From the sequence record NC_010811.2: a DNA stretch of 64,000 nt. One strand, written 5' to 3'. Below, piece after piece: positions 53,101 to 60,730 of the stretch. The position numbers and the translations under genes were made by a program. The stretch's first letter is position 1. Each line of letters starts with the position of its first letter. The notes beneath the pieces are model-generated. The model was not told where the DNA came from. It was given only the letters and a program-made list of their open reading frames with translations, and ran no database searches.

Positions 53101-54903
53101 AACACAGCAGCTACACAGACGGAGACTTCTCTCAACCTGTCGGCTGGTGGTTCCATCAGTTTGGGTGGTGGTTCGCAAGTGCTGACCACGATCTTCACCG
53201 GAACACTGACGGCAAACACCACAGTTGTGCTTCCGGCGCCGGGTCGTTGGACGTTCTACAACAACACGAGCGGCGCGTTCACCGTCACACTGTCTAACGG
53301 TGCGGGCTCCACGTTTGTGTTGCCGCAGACGGCGAGCGTTACCGTGATCAGTGATGCAACGCTGGGAGTGATTCCCGCCATCACCACTGGTCTCACGCAA
53401 TCCACGTCGGACAACAGCACGAACCTTGCGACCACGGCCTTCGTTAAGGCTGCGATCTCAGGAAGCGTGTCCGGGGTGTCGTCGTTCAACACGCGGACTG
53501 GTGCAGTCACGTTGCAAGCAAGCGACGTGACCGGCGTTGGCGGGGCACTGCTGTCTGGTGCTGCGTTCACTGGGGCGGTCACCGTTCCTACGCCTTCCAC
53601 TGGTGACAACTCGACCAACGCGGCGACCACTGCATTCGTGCAGACTTCGCGCCTCAACGGAACGTCGATCTCGCTGTCGAGCGCCAACGTCACGTTGACT
53701 GCAGCGCAGTACGGAACGCGAATCATCCTGCTGAACGGTACGTTGACTGCGAACGTCAGCGTGACATTCCCCACAAGCGGTTCGTGGGAAGTGTACAACG
53801 CGACGACGGGTGGGTTTACCGTCACGTTGACCAACGGCAGCGGCACGACGTTGACTCTGGCGCAGAACAACAGCGCCACGATCATGTCGTACAGCGGCGG
53901 CATTACCAACAGCAACTCGGTGGCCGGTGTGTTGCCTGTTGCAACGACCACGACACTGGGCGGCGTCATCGTTCCGGCGGCGGGCGGTCTGTTGGTGGAT
54001 GGCAGCGGTAATCTGTCGGTGGTGGTCGCCACTAGCTCGGCGCGTGGTGTGGTGAGTCAGGGTACTGGCGTATCCATCAACGCGAGCGGTGTGCTGTCTG
54101 CTAACGTGGTTTCTGTCGCAGGCAAGACGGGAGCGGTGACGTTGGTGGTGGGTGATGTTAGCGGCGCGGCAGCATTGGCCAGCCCCTCGTTCACGGGGAC
54201 TCCGACGGCGCCGACTGCTGCGGCCAGCACCAACACTACTCAACTGGCGACCACTGCATTCGTGCGGAACGCTGTCGCAGGTGTGACTACGGTGTCGCTC
54301 ACCAACGTCAACGTGACGTTGACCGCGGATCAGGCGGCGGCTGCCATTATCAAGCTGAGCGGAACGTTGACGGGTAACGTGCAGATCACGTTCCCAACCA
54401 GCGGATGGTGGGAGGTGTACAACACGACGACGGGCAGCTTCACTGTGACGCTGACCAACGGGACGGGTAGCAACATCACCATCCCGCAGAATCAGATGTT
54501 GAACGTGGTGAGCGACGCAACGAGCGGTATGCTGCTGGATGGTGCGGCGGCTATCGCCCGGATAAGCGTCAACGTGCAGGGAAGTCCAGCGGTGGGATCG
54601 GAAATCTTCTATCCGGTGACCAACGCGCTGACGCTTCCAGCCAATCTCGTGGGAACCAACGCCTATGGGACGGGGACCAGCGGCAGCAGCGCGCCGTACA
54701 CGGTCAACGTCTACAAGTACGTTGGGAACTCTGCGAGTGGCACGCAGGTGGGCACCATCACCATCAATCCTGGATCTGCGTCCACCTTCAGCACTGTAGG
54801 CGGTACGAGTGTGTCGTATGCGGCGGGAGATCGACTGAGTTATCAGTTCCCAACCGCCAATCTTGCCCTGTTCGCGGCAACGTTGCTGGGTACATGGCAG
54901 TAA
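50143..54903 (+). CDS. Long repeat-rich tail/virion fibre protein (1586 aa)
   Basis: V.SVN/SFN.RTGxVxL repeats, LGGV repeats, 8 full ASPxFTGTPTAPT...TxxATTAFV repeats and three LxGTLTxN..FP..G.W..YN domains. Confidence 0.8.
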   Translation: MSILSYPITVVTGSLQTYNIRARWVSQLPLEALGSVDACVLQEAVGPAAPGLYWWTGRVWMLAVPYDSVTDAIIHDGEMTIGYNLSQPLVLGSAADTVNMWRNGQPLPGNTIAPDDSVWAGIVSPNPSVVGVTSVNHKTADANGDVEVGISDIPGLTTELAARIKTVNSVGPDSNGDVAVTLAGLPDTNFVPSPAIDGFTLVYQTASGKWVPSRYVPSAVRTVNSTTPDVNGNVIVKASAAETVTPTNVSLVANDGSTTGNILLKTVQGTGALTVADNGTHVTLDVPQTVTAVQAATATGGTTLIANDGSTTHIAQIKQLVAGVNVQLSSDGQTVTINATNSSGGGGTLTAVQSTGTGISLVNYDGTSGSTIALIKSVVAGSGITIVQDAQLQTLTIAAIAQVPPVTSVNTKTGDVVLTAADITGFATVAYTGNYNDLQNKPAAYVLPPATATVLGGIKVGSNLAVAADGTLSATAQPLAPATTTTLGGVIVGAGLNVAADGTLSVSGSGVVNSVNSASGALTIAQGSGISVSTVGQTITISATGAGSVTSVGLSLPAALFTVSGSPVTSTGTLTGTLNNQNPNWVWAGPGSGVAAAPTFRALVAADLPVATSTVPGTMYPGPGLAVDGTGKLTIVQSGVVTSFNTRTGDITLQLSDITNAGGAVLASPAFTGTPTAPTPLSSDNSTRLATTAFVQASFAPLASPALVGTPTAPTAATGTATTQLATTAFVNRDFAPIASPTFTGTPKAPTQTAGDNTTALATTAFVQAAISGAVAGVTSFNSRTGAVTLQAGDVTGVGGALLASPAFTGTPTAPTATAGTNTTQLATTAFVQAAIASVPAGVSSFNTRQGAVVLQPADVTGVGGALLASPAFTGTPTAPTATAGTNTTQIATTAFVQAAITSGVPIATTTTLGGVIVKAGLTVDASGNLSANVTTVAGRTGDVVLAVGDVSGAASLSSPAFTGTPTAPTAASGTNNTQIATTTFANTAATQTETSLNLSAGGSISLGGGSQVLTTIFTGTLTANTTVVLPAPGRWTFYNNTSGAFTVTLSNGAGSTFVLPQTASVTVISDATLGVIPAITTGLTQSTSDNSTNLATTAFVKAAISGSVSGVSSFNTRTGAVTLQASDVTGVGGALLSGAAFTGAVTVPTPSTGDNSTNAATTAFVQTSRLNGTSISLSSANVTLTAAQYGTRIILLNGTLTANVSVTFPTSGSWEVYNATTGGFTVTLTNGSGTTLTLAQNNSATIMSYSGGITNSNSVAGVLPVATTTTLGGVIVPAAGGLLVDGSGNLSVVVATSSARGVVSQGTGVSINASGVLSANVVSVAGKTGAVTLVVGDVSGAAALASPSFTGTPTAPTAAASTNTTQLATTAFVRNAVAGVTTVSLTNVNVTLTADQAAAAIIKLSGTLTGNVQITFPTSGWWEVYNTTTGSFTVTLTNGTGSNITIPQNQMLNVVSDATSGMLLDGAAAIARISVNVQGSPAVGSEIFYPVTNALTLPANLVGTNAYGTGTSGSSAPYTVNVYKYVGNSASGTQVGTITINPGSASTFSTVGGTSVSYAAGDRLSYQFPTANLALFAATLLGTWQ
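52135..54275 (+). repeat. Imperfect coding repeats (ASPAFTGTPTAPT...ATTAFV), about 8 full plus 1 partial
   Basis: Counted from the translation of ORF 50143. Confidence 0.75.
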
Positions 54904-54913
54904 GGAGAGCAGA

Positions 54914-57151
54914 ATGGCCTTGAAGTTCGTTGAAGGCTTTGAAACGACGCGTGATGATAACGACTTTCGCACCCGTGGGTGGCTGGCTGCGCCCACGAAG
55001 CGATACGCGTCGCTGGCTCCTGCGAAGACCACGATCGGTGTGACGGGGCTGCGTCGCTTCATCAACAACGGGAGCGACGCAGCCACTACGGTCGGGGTTA
55101 CGGGGGCCACAGACATCGGATACCTGAACACAGGCATCACCGTGAATCAGGCATGGACTGCAGGTGGATTCAGCTGGGGAGCGTCAGCTACTCACTACAG
55201 TGGATCTGCCATCCAGATCGGTGCTGCCGGGACTGGCGGTCCTTCGGGACAGGCGCTCGGATGCATTGACTTTGACGGGACGAACTACTGGGCGTGCACG
55301 TCGGCAACCAAGATCGCCAAGTCCACGGATTTGCTGAACTGGACGAACACGACGGCACAGCCGTCAGGCATCACGCTGTCGTCCACAGTGTCGTTCATGG
55401 GTAGTGGCACGGTTATGGTCGTTCCACAGACCGCCACTCCAACGACGCTTGCGGTGTCGTATACCACGAACGGCGGAACGTCGTGGGCCACACAGACGCT
55501 GGCTACCGGCATCACCACGACGACCGGCGCGCAGTATGGCATTGGGTTCGCTACCGGCAACCCCACGTATCCGCACGGCATCCTCATCGGTATCAGCGAC
55601 AACTCGGCAGCCAATGGGCTGTACATTGGAACGTTGGGTGGTACGTTCGTTCAGGTGATTGGAGGAACGGCCTACACCATGGGCTTCTTTGTTCCACGGC
55701 CCGTGGTCGTTAACGGATACATCTACACGACGGACGCTTCTAACAACGCGACTAGCGCTGGCTTCTACAGCGCTCCAGTGTCGGGCGCCATAAACACCGC
55801 AGGCGCGTGGACTAAGTGGGCGTTGAACAATGTGCCGAATCCGTCGCAGCTCGCATACTTTCAAGGCGCGGACCTGTTCATTATCGGTTCGGTGACCAAC
55901 GGCGCATTTACGATACCCAACACAGGAGGCGTTGGAACACCAGTACCTCCGACTGCGGCCACCACCGCAAGCAATCCGTACACAGCGGCGGGTGTCTACG
56001 GAATCGCAGCGTCCAGCAGCACCGCGGTCATCTTCCCAGATGCGTTGAACTCGATCAGCGCCAACAACACGATCCTCACGTCTACGGATGGAGTGACTTG
56101 GAGCCCTCAGTTCAAGATCTGGCCAAACTTGGGTGGAACCACGCTCAATGGATGGTGCACTGTGTTCTACGACGGAACACAGTACGTGGCGGTGGGCGCC
56201 GTTGGCAGTACCGCGCATTCGCAGATCTTGATCTCGACCGACGATGGGGTGAACAACTGGCGCATTCGCTATGCGTCAGACACGTCATCCAACGGCACGA
56301 CCGGCGGATTCAGCGGACTGGGAGTGTGTACGGCCAGCGCAGCACCTACTAGCGGAGGAACGTGGACCGCGGGCACCAACGCAGCGTGGCTCAATACGAC
56401 TGTTCCGTCTGCGGGATCGGCCACCGTCAGCTTCTTCACCACAACCAACAGTGCGACGGCAGCCAGTACCAAGTCGGTGACGACGAGTGGCGCACTCACG
56501 CACTACTACAACATCCAGGCTGTTGCAGTAGCGGGGACCACGAACAGCTTCAACATCAGTTGGTATGTGGACGGCGTGCTGTCTGCTACCAGTTCCAACG
56601 TGGCGCTGGGCACTGGAACCGGTGACACCACGTCGCTGCTCATACTCAACTTCCCACGGTCTGGCGGTTGGCAGCAGTTCGACGACGTGTACTTGACCCT
56701 GGACAACGGTGTTGGCATGACCGGAGTACAGACCATCTACTGTACTGCTCGTCGCCCGACCAATGATGTCCAGGATCAATGGGCACCTACCGGTCAAGCA
56801 ACGAACAGTCTGGCTACCAATCAGCAGGCGTTGAGTTCGCGAAGCGATCGCTATGTGTCCACGTACACAGACGGCGCACAGGACAAGTATTCGTCTTCAG
56901 ACGCGGTGCAGACCACGTACAAAGTGAAGGCCGTCCAGATCGAGGGATACTTCAAGCGACTGTCTACGGTCAGTCCTACCGCAAAGGTGAGTTTGATTAG
57001 CAACGGTCAGCAAGTGGACTCTACGGCGGTGACCGTCGGGACCACGGACATCTTGGCGTCGGCCATCGTGGAAAACGATCCCAATGGTAACATCGCGTGG
57101 ACGCCGGGTTCAGTATCCAACACGCAGTTCTCAGTTACGAAGGTCTCCTAA
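54914..57151 (+). CDS. Putative fibre-associated/receptor-binding protein with beta-propeller-like repeats (paralog 1)
   Basis: AAGGAG SD; MALKFVEGFET; DG..YW/YV and S.DG..W BNR-like motifs; T/G/S-rich. Confidence 0.6.
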   Translation: MALKFVEGFETTRDDNDFRTRGWLAAPTKRYASLAPAKTTIGVTGLRRFINNGSDAATTVGVTGATDIGYLNTGITVNQAWTAGGFSWGASATHYSGSAIQIGAAGTGGPSGQALGCIDFDGTNYWACTSATKIAKSTDLLNWTNTTAQPSGITLSSTVSFMGSGTVMVVPQTATPTTLAVSYTTNGGTSWATQTLATGITTTTGAQYGIGFATGNPTYPHGILIGISDNSAANGLYIGTLGGTFVQVIGGTAYTMGFFVPRPVVVNGYIYTTDASNNATSAGFYSAPVSGAINTAGAWTKWALNNVPNPSQLAYFQGADLFIIGSVTNGAFTIPNTGGVGTPVPPTAATTASNPYTAAGVYGIAASSSTAVIFPDALNSISANNTILTSTDGVTWSPQFKIWPNLGGTTLNGWCTVFYDGTQYVAVGAVGSTAHSQILISTDDGVNNWRIRYASDTSSNGTTGGFSGLGVCTASAAPTSGGTWTAGTNAAWLNTTVPSAGSATVSFFTTTNSATAASTKSVTTSGALTHYYNIQAVAVAGTTNSFNISWYVDGVLSATSSNVALGTGTGDTTSLLILNFPRSGGWQQFDDVYLTLDNGVGMTGVQTIYCTARRPTNDVQDQWAPTGQATNSLATNQQALSSRSDRYVSTYTDGAQDKYSSSDAVQTTYKVKAVQIEGYFKRLSTVSPTAKVSLISNGQQVDSTAVTVGTTDILASAIVENDPNGNIAWTPGSVSNTQFSVTKVS

Positions 57152-57172
57152 GAGATCAGCTTGGAGATAGAA

Positions 57173-59368
57173 ATGACCCTCAAGTATATGAACGGGTTCG
57201 AAACGTGCCGCGACGATTCCGATCTTCGCGCACAGGGTTGGCTGGCCAGCCCCACGTCGGACTATGTAGGTTTTCCAGGAGCGTCGACCAGTGTGGGCGC
57301 CGTCGGCCTGCGTCAGTGGTCAGCAGCGTCTGCAGGCGCAAACGTCGTTGGCGTAGCAGCGGCGGCGGACCCCGGCTATCTGAACACTGGCATCACCGTG
57401 AACCAAGCGTGGACTGCTGGCGGTTTCACTTTCAACGCCAATGCCACCTTCTACGGTGGAACTGCTGGAAACGCCATTGGTTCATTTATTGGAGCCAGTC
57501 AGTACCCGAACCAGATTGTGTACGACGGTACGCAATACTGGGCAATTCAGACCAATCCACTGCAAGTGGTGACGTCTACTGACCTTGTGAAATGGACAGC
57601 TACTCCCGCTCAGCCTTCCGGCTTGAGTGCTACGACTGCCAACAGCGTGTCGTACATGGGTGGAGGCGTGGTCATGGTAGTGACCGCGGGTTCGGCTTCG
57701 GTGTCCTGCTTGTACACGTCGAACAACGGAGTGTCGTGGTCAACGCAGAACTTCGGTGCGTCGGGCGGCGGCTCCATATACGGGGCCGGATGTGCGACGG
57801 GGAACGCCACCTATCCGCACTGCGTCGCCATCAACAGCAGCGCTACGTCCAGCTTCAACGGAGTGTGGGTGGGGACGCTGGGTGGCACCATGACGCAGGT
57901 GACGTCTGGTGGCTATGCGGCAACCGGTCTTCTGTCGCGACCCAAGGTCATCAACGGATACATCATCTGCACGCTGGGCAACAACGGAGTGTACAGTGCG
58001 CAGGCGTCAAACGCCAGCCTCAACACCACTGGCGCGTGGACAAAGTGGACGTACACTGGGCAGAACTTGACTGACGTCAACTACTTCCAGCCAGCGAATG
58101 CTTGGTTCGTGTCTGGTCACCAAGCGGGGGTCGTCAGCATCCCAAATACGGGCGGTGCCGGAACTCCAGTGCCTCCGACCACGGGATCGGGCACCAGTGT
58201 GTACGCAAACCCTGTGTATGGGCTGATGGTGAGCAGCACAAACATCACGCTTGCGGTATTCTCAAACGCCACAGGCAACGTATCGCTGCTCACCTCGACG
58301 ACAGGTGCATCAGGCAGTTGGGTGAACACGTCGCGCGTTCTTCCGTATTTGGGTGCCAGCGTCAACGGCTGGAAGGACGTGTACTACGATGGAACGAAAT
58401 ACATCGTGTGCAGCTACGCAAGCAGCGCAGCGACGTCAGCTTGCATTGCGACCACCAGTGACGGGTTGAAAGACTGGCAGGTCAAGTACATGAGCGATGT
58501 GACGCCCGGCACTACGGGCGGATTCAGTGGACTTGGCGTGTGTGCTGCAACTGCGGCTCCCACATCAGGCAGCGCGTGGACGCAGGTTGGAGGCGTTGCA
58601 TGGCTGAATTGCAGCACGCCGTCTGCGGGCAGTTCCACGATTTCGCTGTACACAGCGGCGGGAACTAGTGCCAACTTGACAGCGACGCAGTCGTCGTCCA
58701 TCCTCACGCATTCGTATGAAGTGCGAGCAGTAGCAGCGGCCACCGCCAACAGCTTCAACATCTCGTTCTACATCGACGGCACACTGCAGGGGACGACGGC
58801 GTCGCCAGTGGCGTTCGGTTCGGGAACCAGCGACACAACGTCGCTGCTCATCCTCAATATGCCACGCTCCGGTAACTGGCAGCAGTTCGACGACGTGGTG
58901 CTGACGTTGGACGATGGGCTGGGTATCGTTGGGCCGCTGGGTCCCATCAACATCGTGTCTCGGCGTCCAACTGCTGACGTCAGCACGCAGTGGACACGTG
59001 TTGGCACAGCAGCCAGCAACGCGCTGTCGGTGAATCAGAATGCGCTCAGCTCGCAAAGCTCGAACTACGTGAACACCTACACCGACGGTGGGAAGGACGT
59101 GTATTCGTCAACGGATACTGTCCCATCCAACTACAAGGTGAAGGCGGTCCAGGTGGAAGCGTACTTTGCCAAGCTGGGGACCAGTGCGCCGGTTGCAAAC
59201 GTCGGCATCAAGAGCGGATCCACTGAAAGCGACAGCGCGAATTTGACTGTGACGTCGGCCAACGCCACCTACGTATCGTCTATCGCGCAGACGGATCCAA
59301 GCACGGGCGCTGCCTGGACACAGACGGGAGCCAACAACTCACAGTTCGTCATCAACAAGGTGAGCTAA
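57173..59368 (+). CDS. Putative fibre-associated/receptor-binding protein (paralog 2)
   Basis: MTLKYMNGFET; colinear with paralog 1 from end to end (DxGYLNTGITVNQAWTAGGF, GGFSGLGVC, PRSGxWQQFDD, YKVKAVQ, KVS*). Confidence 0.65.
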   Translation: MTLKYMNGFETCRDDSDLRAQGWLASPTSDYVGFPGASTSVGAVGLRQWSAASAGANVVGVAAAADPGYLNTGITVNQAWTAGGFTFNANATFYGGTAGNAIGSFIGASQYPNQIVYDGTQYWAIQTNPLQVVTSTDLVKWTATPAQPSGLSATTANSVSYMGGGVVMVVTAGSASVSCLYTSNNGVSWSTQNFGASGGGSIYGAGCATGNATYPHCVAINSSATSSFNGVWVGTLGGTMTQVTSGGYAATGLLSRPKVINGYIICTLGNNGVYSAQASNASLNTTGAWTKWTYTGQNLTDVNYFQPANAWFVSGHQAGVVSIPNTGGAGTPVPPTTGSGTSVYANPVYGLMVSSTNITLAVFSNATGNVSLLTSTTGASGSWVNTSRVLPYLGASVNGWKDVYYDGTKYIVCSYASSAATSACIATTSDGLKDWQVKYMSDVTPGTTGGFSGLGVCAATAAPTSGSAWTQVGGVAWLNCSTPSAGSSTISLYTAAGTSANLTATQSSSILTHSYEVRAVAAATANSFNISFYIDGTLQGTTASPVAFGSGTSDTTSLLILNMPRSGNWQQFDDVVLTLDDGLGIVGPLGPINIVSRRPTADVSTQWTRVGTAASNALSVNQNALSSQSSNYVNTYTDGGKDVYSSTDTVPSNYKVKAVQVEAYFAKLGTSAPVANVGIKSGSTESDSANLTVTSANATYVSSIAQTDPSTGAAWTQTGANNSQFVINKVS

Positions 59369-59369
59369 G

Positions 59370-59627
59370 ATGGCTTCTAATCCCAATGAGAACCTATATG
59401 CGAAGGCCATAGCCGAGCAGGTTGTCTGGGTGGCTGGGGTACCTGCTGAAGCGATCGCGGTCGCTCAGCAGATACTCGTCGTGCAGATGACGGAACCGAA
59501 GGCGCAGGCTGTTGCCGAAAACGTGCTGCTGGTACCCGGTGTCCAGGCGCAGGCGCTGGCCGTCGCCGAACAGTGGCTGTTGGGGGCGCCGACCTACGTA
59601 CAGACCGCTACATGGTGGACAAGTTGA
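59370..59627 (+). CDS. Small protein with an internal repeat (QA.A(V/I)AEQ.L.V)
   Basis: 85 aa; the AKAIAEQ/AIAVAQQ/AQAVAEN/ALAVAEQ unit occurs four times. Confidence 0.55.
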   Translation: MASNPNENLYAKAIAEQVVWVAGVPAEAIAVAQQILVVQMTEPKAQAVAENVLLVPGVQAQALAVAEQWLLGAPTYVQTATWWTS

Positions 59628-59638
59628 ACGAGGAACGT

Positions 59639-60343
59639 ATGCCGAAGATCAAAGCTGAAAAGCAAGCAACTGATCCACCAAAGAACGACAAGGACTTCAC
59701 GTGGCAGAGGAACATGGAGAAGAAGTATAAGGGCGCACCTAAGCGCAATCCAGGATCCGCGCCACCTGAAGGAACCTTCAGCAAGAGTCCTTCGCAGATC
59801 GCCAACGATCTGAAGATGCATTCGAAGGACTACGGGCAAGCGAGTCGTCGGCTGAACAGCTACATCAACCGACAAGGTCGCAATCTTCAGGGAGCGGATC
59901 GTGCGCGACTGTACGATGCGAAGGAACACCTGAAGAATGCCTACGGCCGTCAGGAACATAAGCCGAAGCAGCAGACGGCAGACAGCAGCGCAGGGCCTGC
60001 CCTGTACTGTTTGACGAAAGGACACAACCTTGACGATGGGACAGTGGATTTGCTGACGTCTGTCCCAGATCTACGGGAGAAACAAGCCGTGAACGATCAT
60101 CAGCTACTTGCAGCATGTGCTCGCCTGAAGGCCAGCGTATTGAACTCGGAACAGGATCCGAATCAGCGCATGTCGTCGGTTGAAGTGCAAAGCGACAGCA
60201 CAGTAGTTCCCAACCTGGAAGAGACCAACATCGCAGAATCCACATCTACCATTGATGGACTGGACACTGCGTTCGAGGAGGGACAGGGCGGGGCACCCAT
60301 CAACATCAACGCAGCGCTTCACCGTTTGCAGTCGCCAGTCTGA
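59639..60343 (+). CDS. DUF3175-like N-terminal domain protein with AAxxRL motifs
   Basis: GTFS.SP.QIA..LK...RRLN.YINRQGRNL...RARL..AK..L resembles DUF3175 (from memory); C-terminal LAACARLKA and ININAALHRL. Confidence 0.5.
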   Translation: MPKIKAEKQATDPPKNDKDFTWQRNMEKKYKGAPKRNPGSAPPEGTFSKSPSQIANDLKMHSKDYGQASRRLNSYINRQGRNLQGADRARLYDAKEHLKNAYGRQEHKPKQQTADSSAGPALYCLTKGHNLDDGTVDLLTSVPDLREKQAVNDHQLLAACARLKASVLNSEQDPNQRMSSVEVQSDSTVVPNLEETNIAESTSTIDGLDTAFEEGQGGAPININAALHRLQSPV

Positions 60344-60362
60344 TTGTTGTCAAGGCAGCTAC

Positions 60363-60370
60363 AATTTGAT
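60363..60370 (+). promoter_or_regulatory. AATTTGAT motif
   Basis: About 56 nt before the ATG at 60427. Confidence 0.45.
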
Positions 60371-60426
60371 TTCGGGGGTGGGGGCACCGCCGTTATCTAT
60401 TCTAGCTGCATTGACTGGGACTCAAA

Positions 60427-60639
60427 ATGGACGACATTGATCGCATCCAAGACCGCTACGATCACGAGCATCAACAGGCTATCAATAAGATCCGAGAACG
60501 GGCGAAGAAGTCCTTGATGCCGACGGGGCATTGTTTCTTCTGCGGAGAACAGGTGAAGCATCCGCTTCTCTTCTGTGATTCTTTCTGTCGAGACGACTAC
60601 GAGCGTGAACAACGAAGTCGCCGTATCAACGGTTTGTGA
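60427..60639 (+). CDS. Small C4 zinc-finger protein (DksA/TraR-like architecture)
   Basis: MDDIDRIQD helical N-terminus followed by CFFCG...FCDSFC. Confidence 0.65.
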   Translation: MDDIDRIQDRYDHEHQQAINKIRERAKKSLMPTGHCFFCGEQVKHPLLFCDSFCRDDYEREQRSRRINGL

Positions 60640-60641
60640 TG

Positions 60642-60671
60642 CAAGGGCCTCCTAATTAGGAGGCCCTTTGT
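60642..60671 (+). terminator. Intrinsic terminator
   Basis: Perfect palindrome AAGGGCCTCCTAATTAGGAGGCCCTT followed by T-rich sequence. Confidence 0.7.
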
Positions 60672-60684
60672 CGTTTGACCTGCG

Positions 60685-60692
60685 AATTTGAT
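60685..60692 (+). promoter_or_regulatory. AATTTGAT motif
   Basis: CTGCGAATTTGAT after the terminator, about 38 nt before the ATG at 60731. Confidence 0.55.
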
Positions 60693-60730
60693 AGCAACAC
60701 AAGCCGCCAACTGAAGTCAAAGGATTGGTC

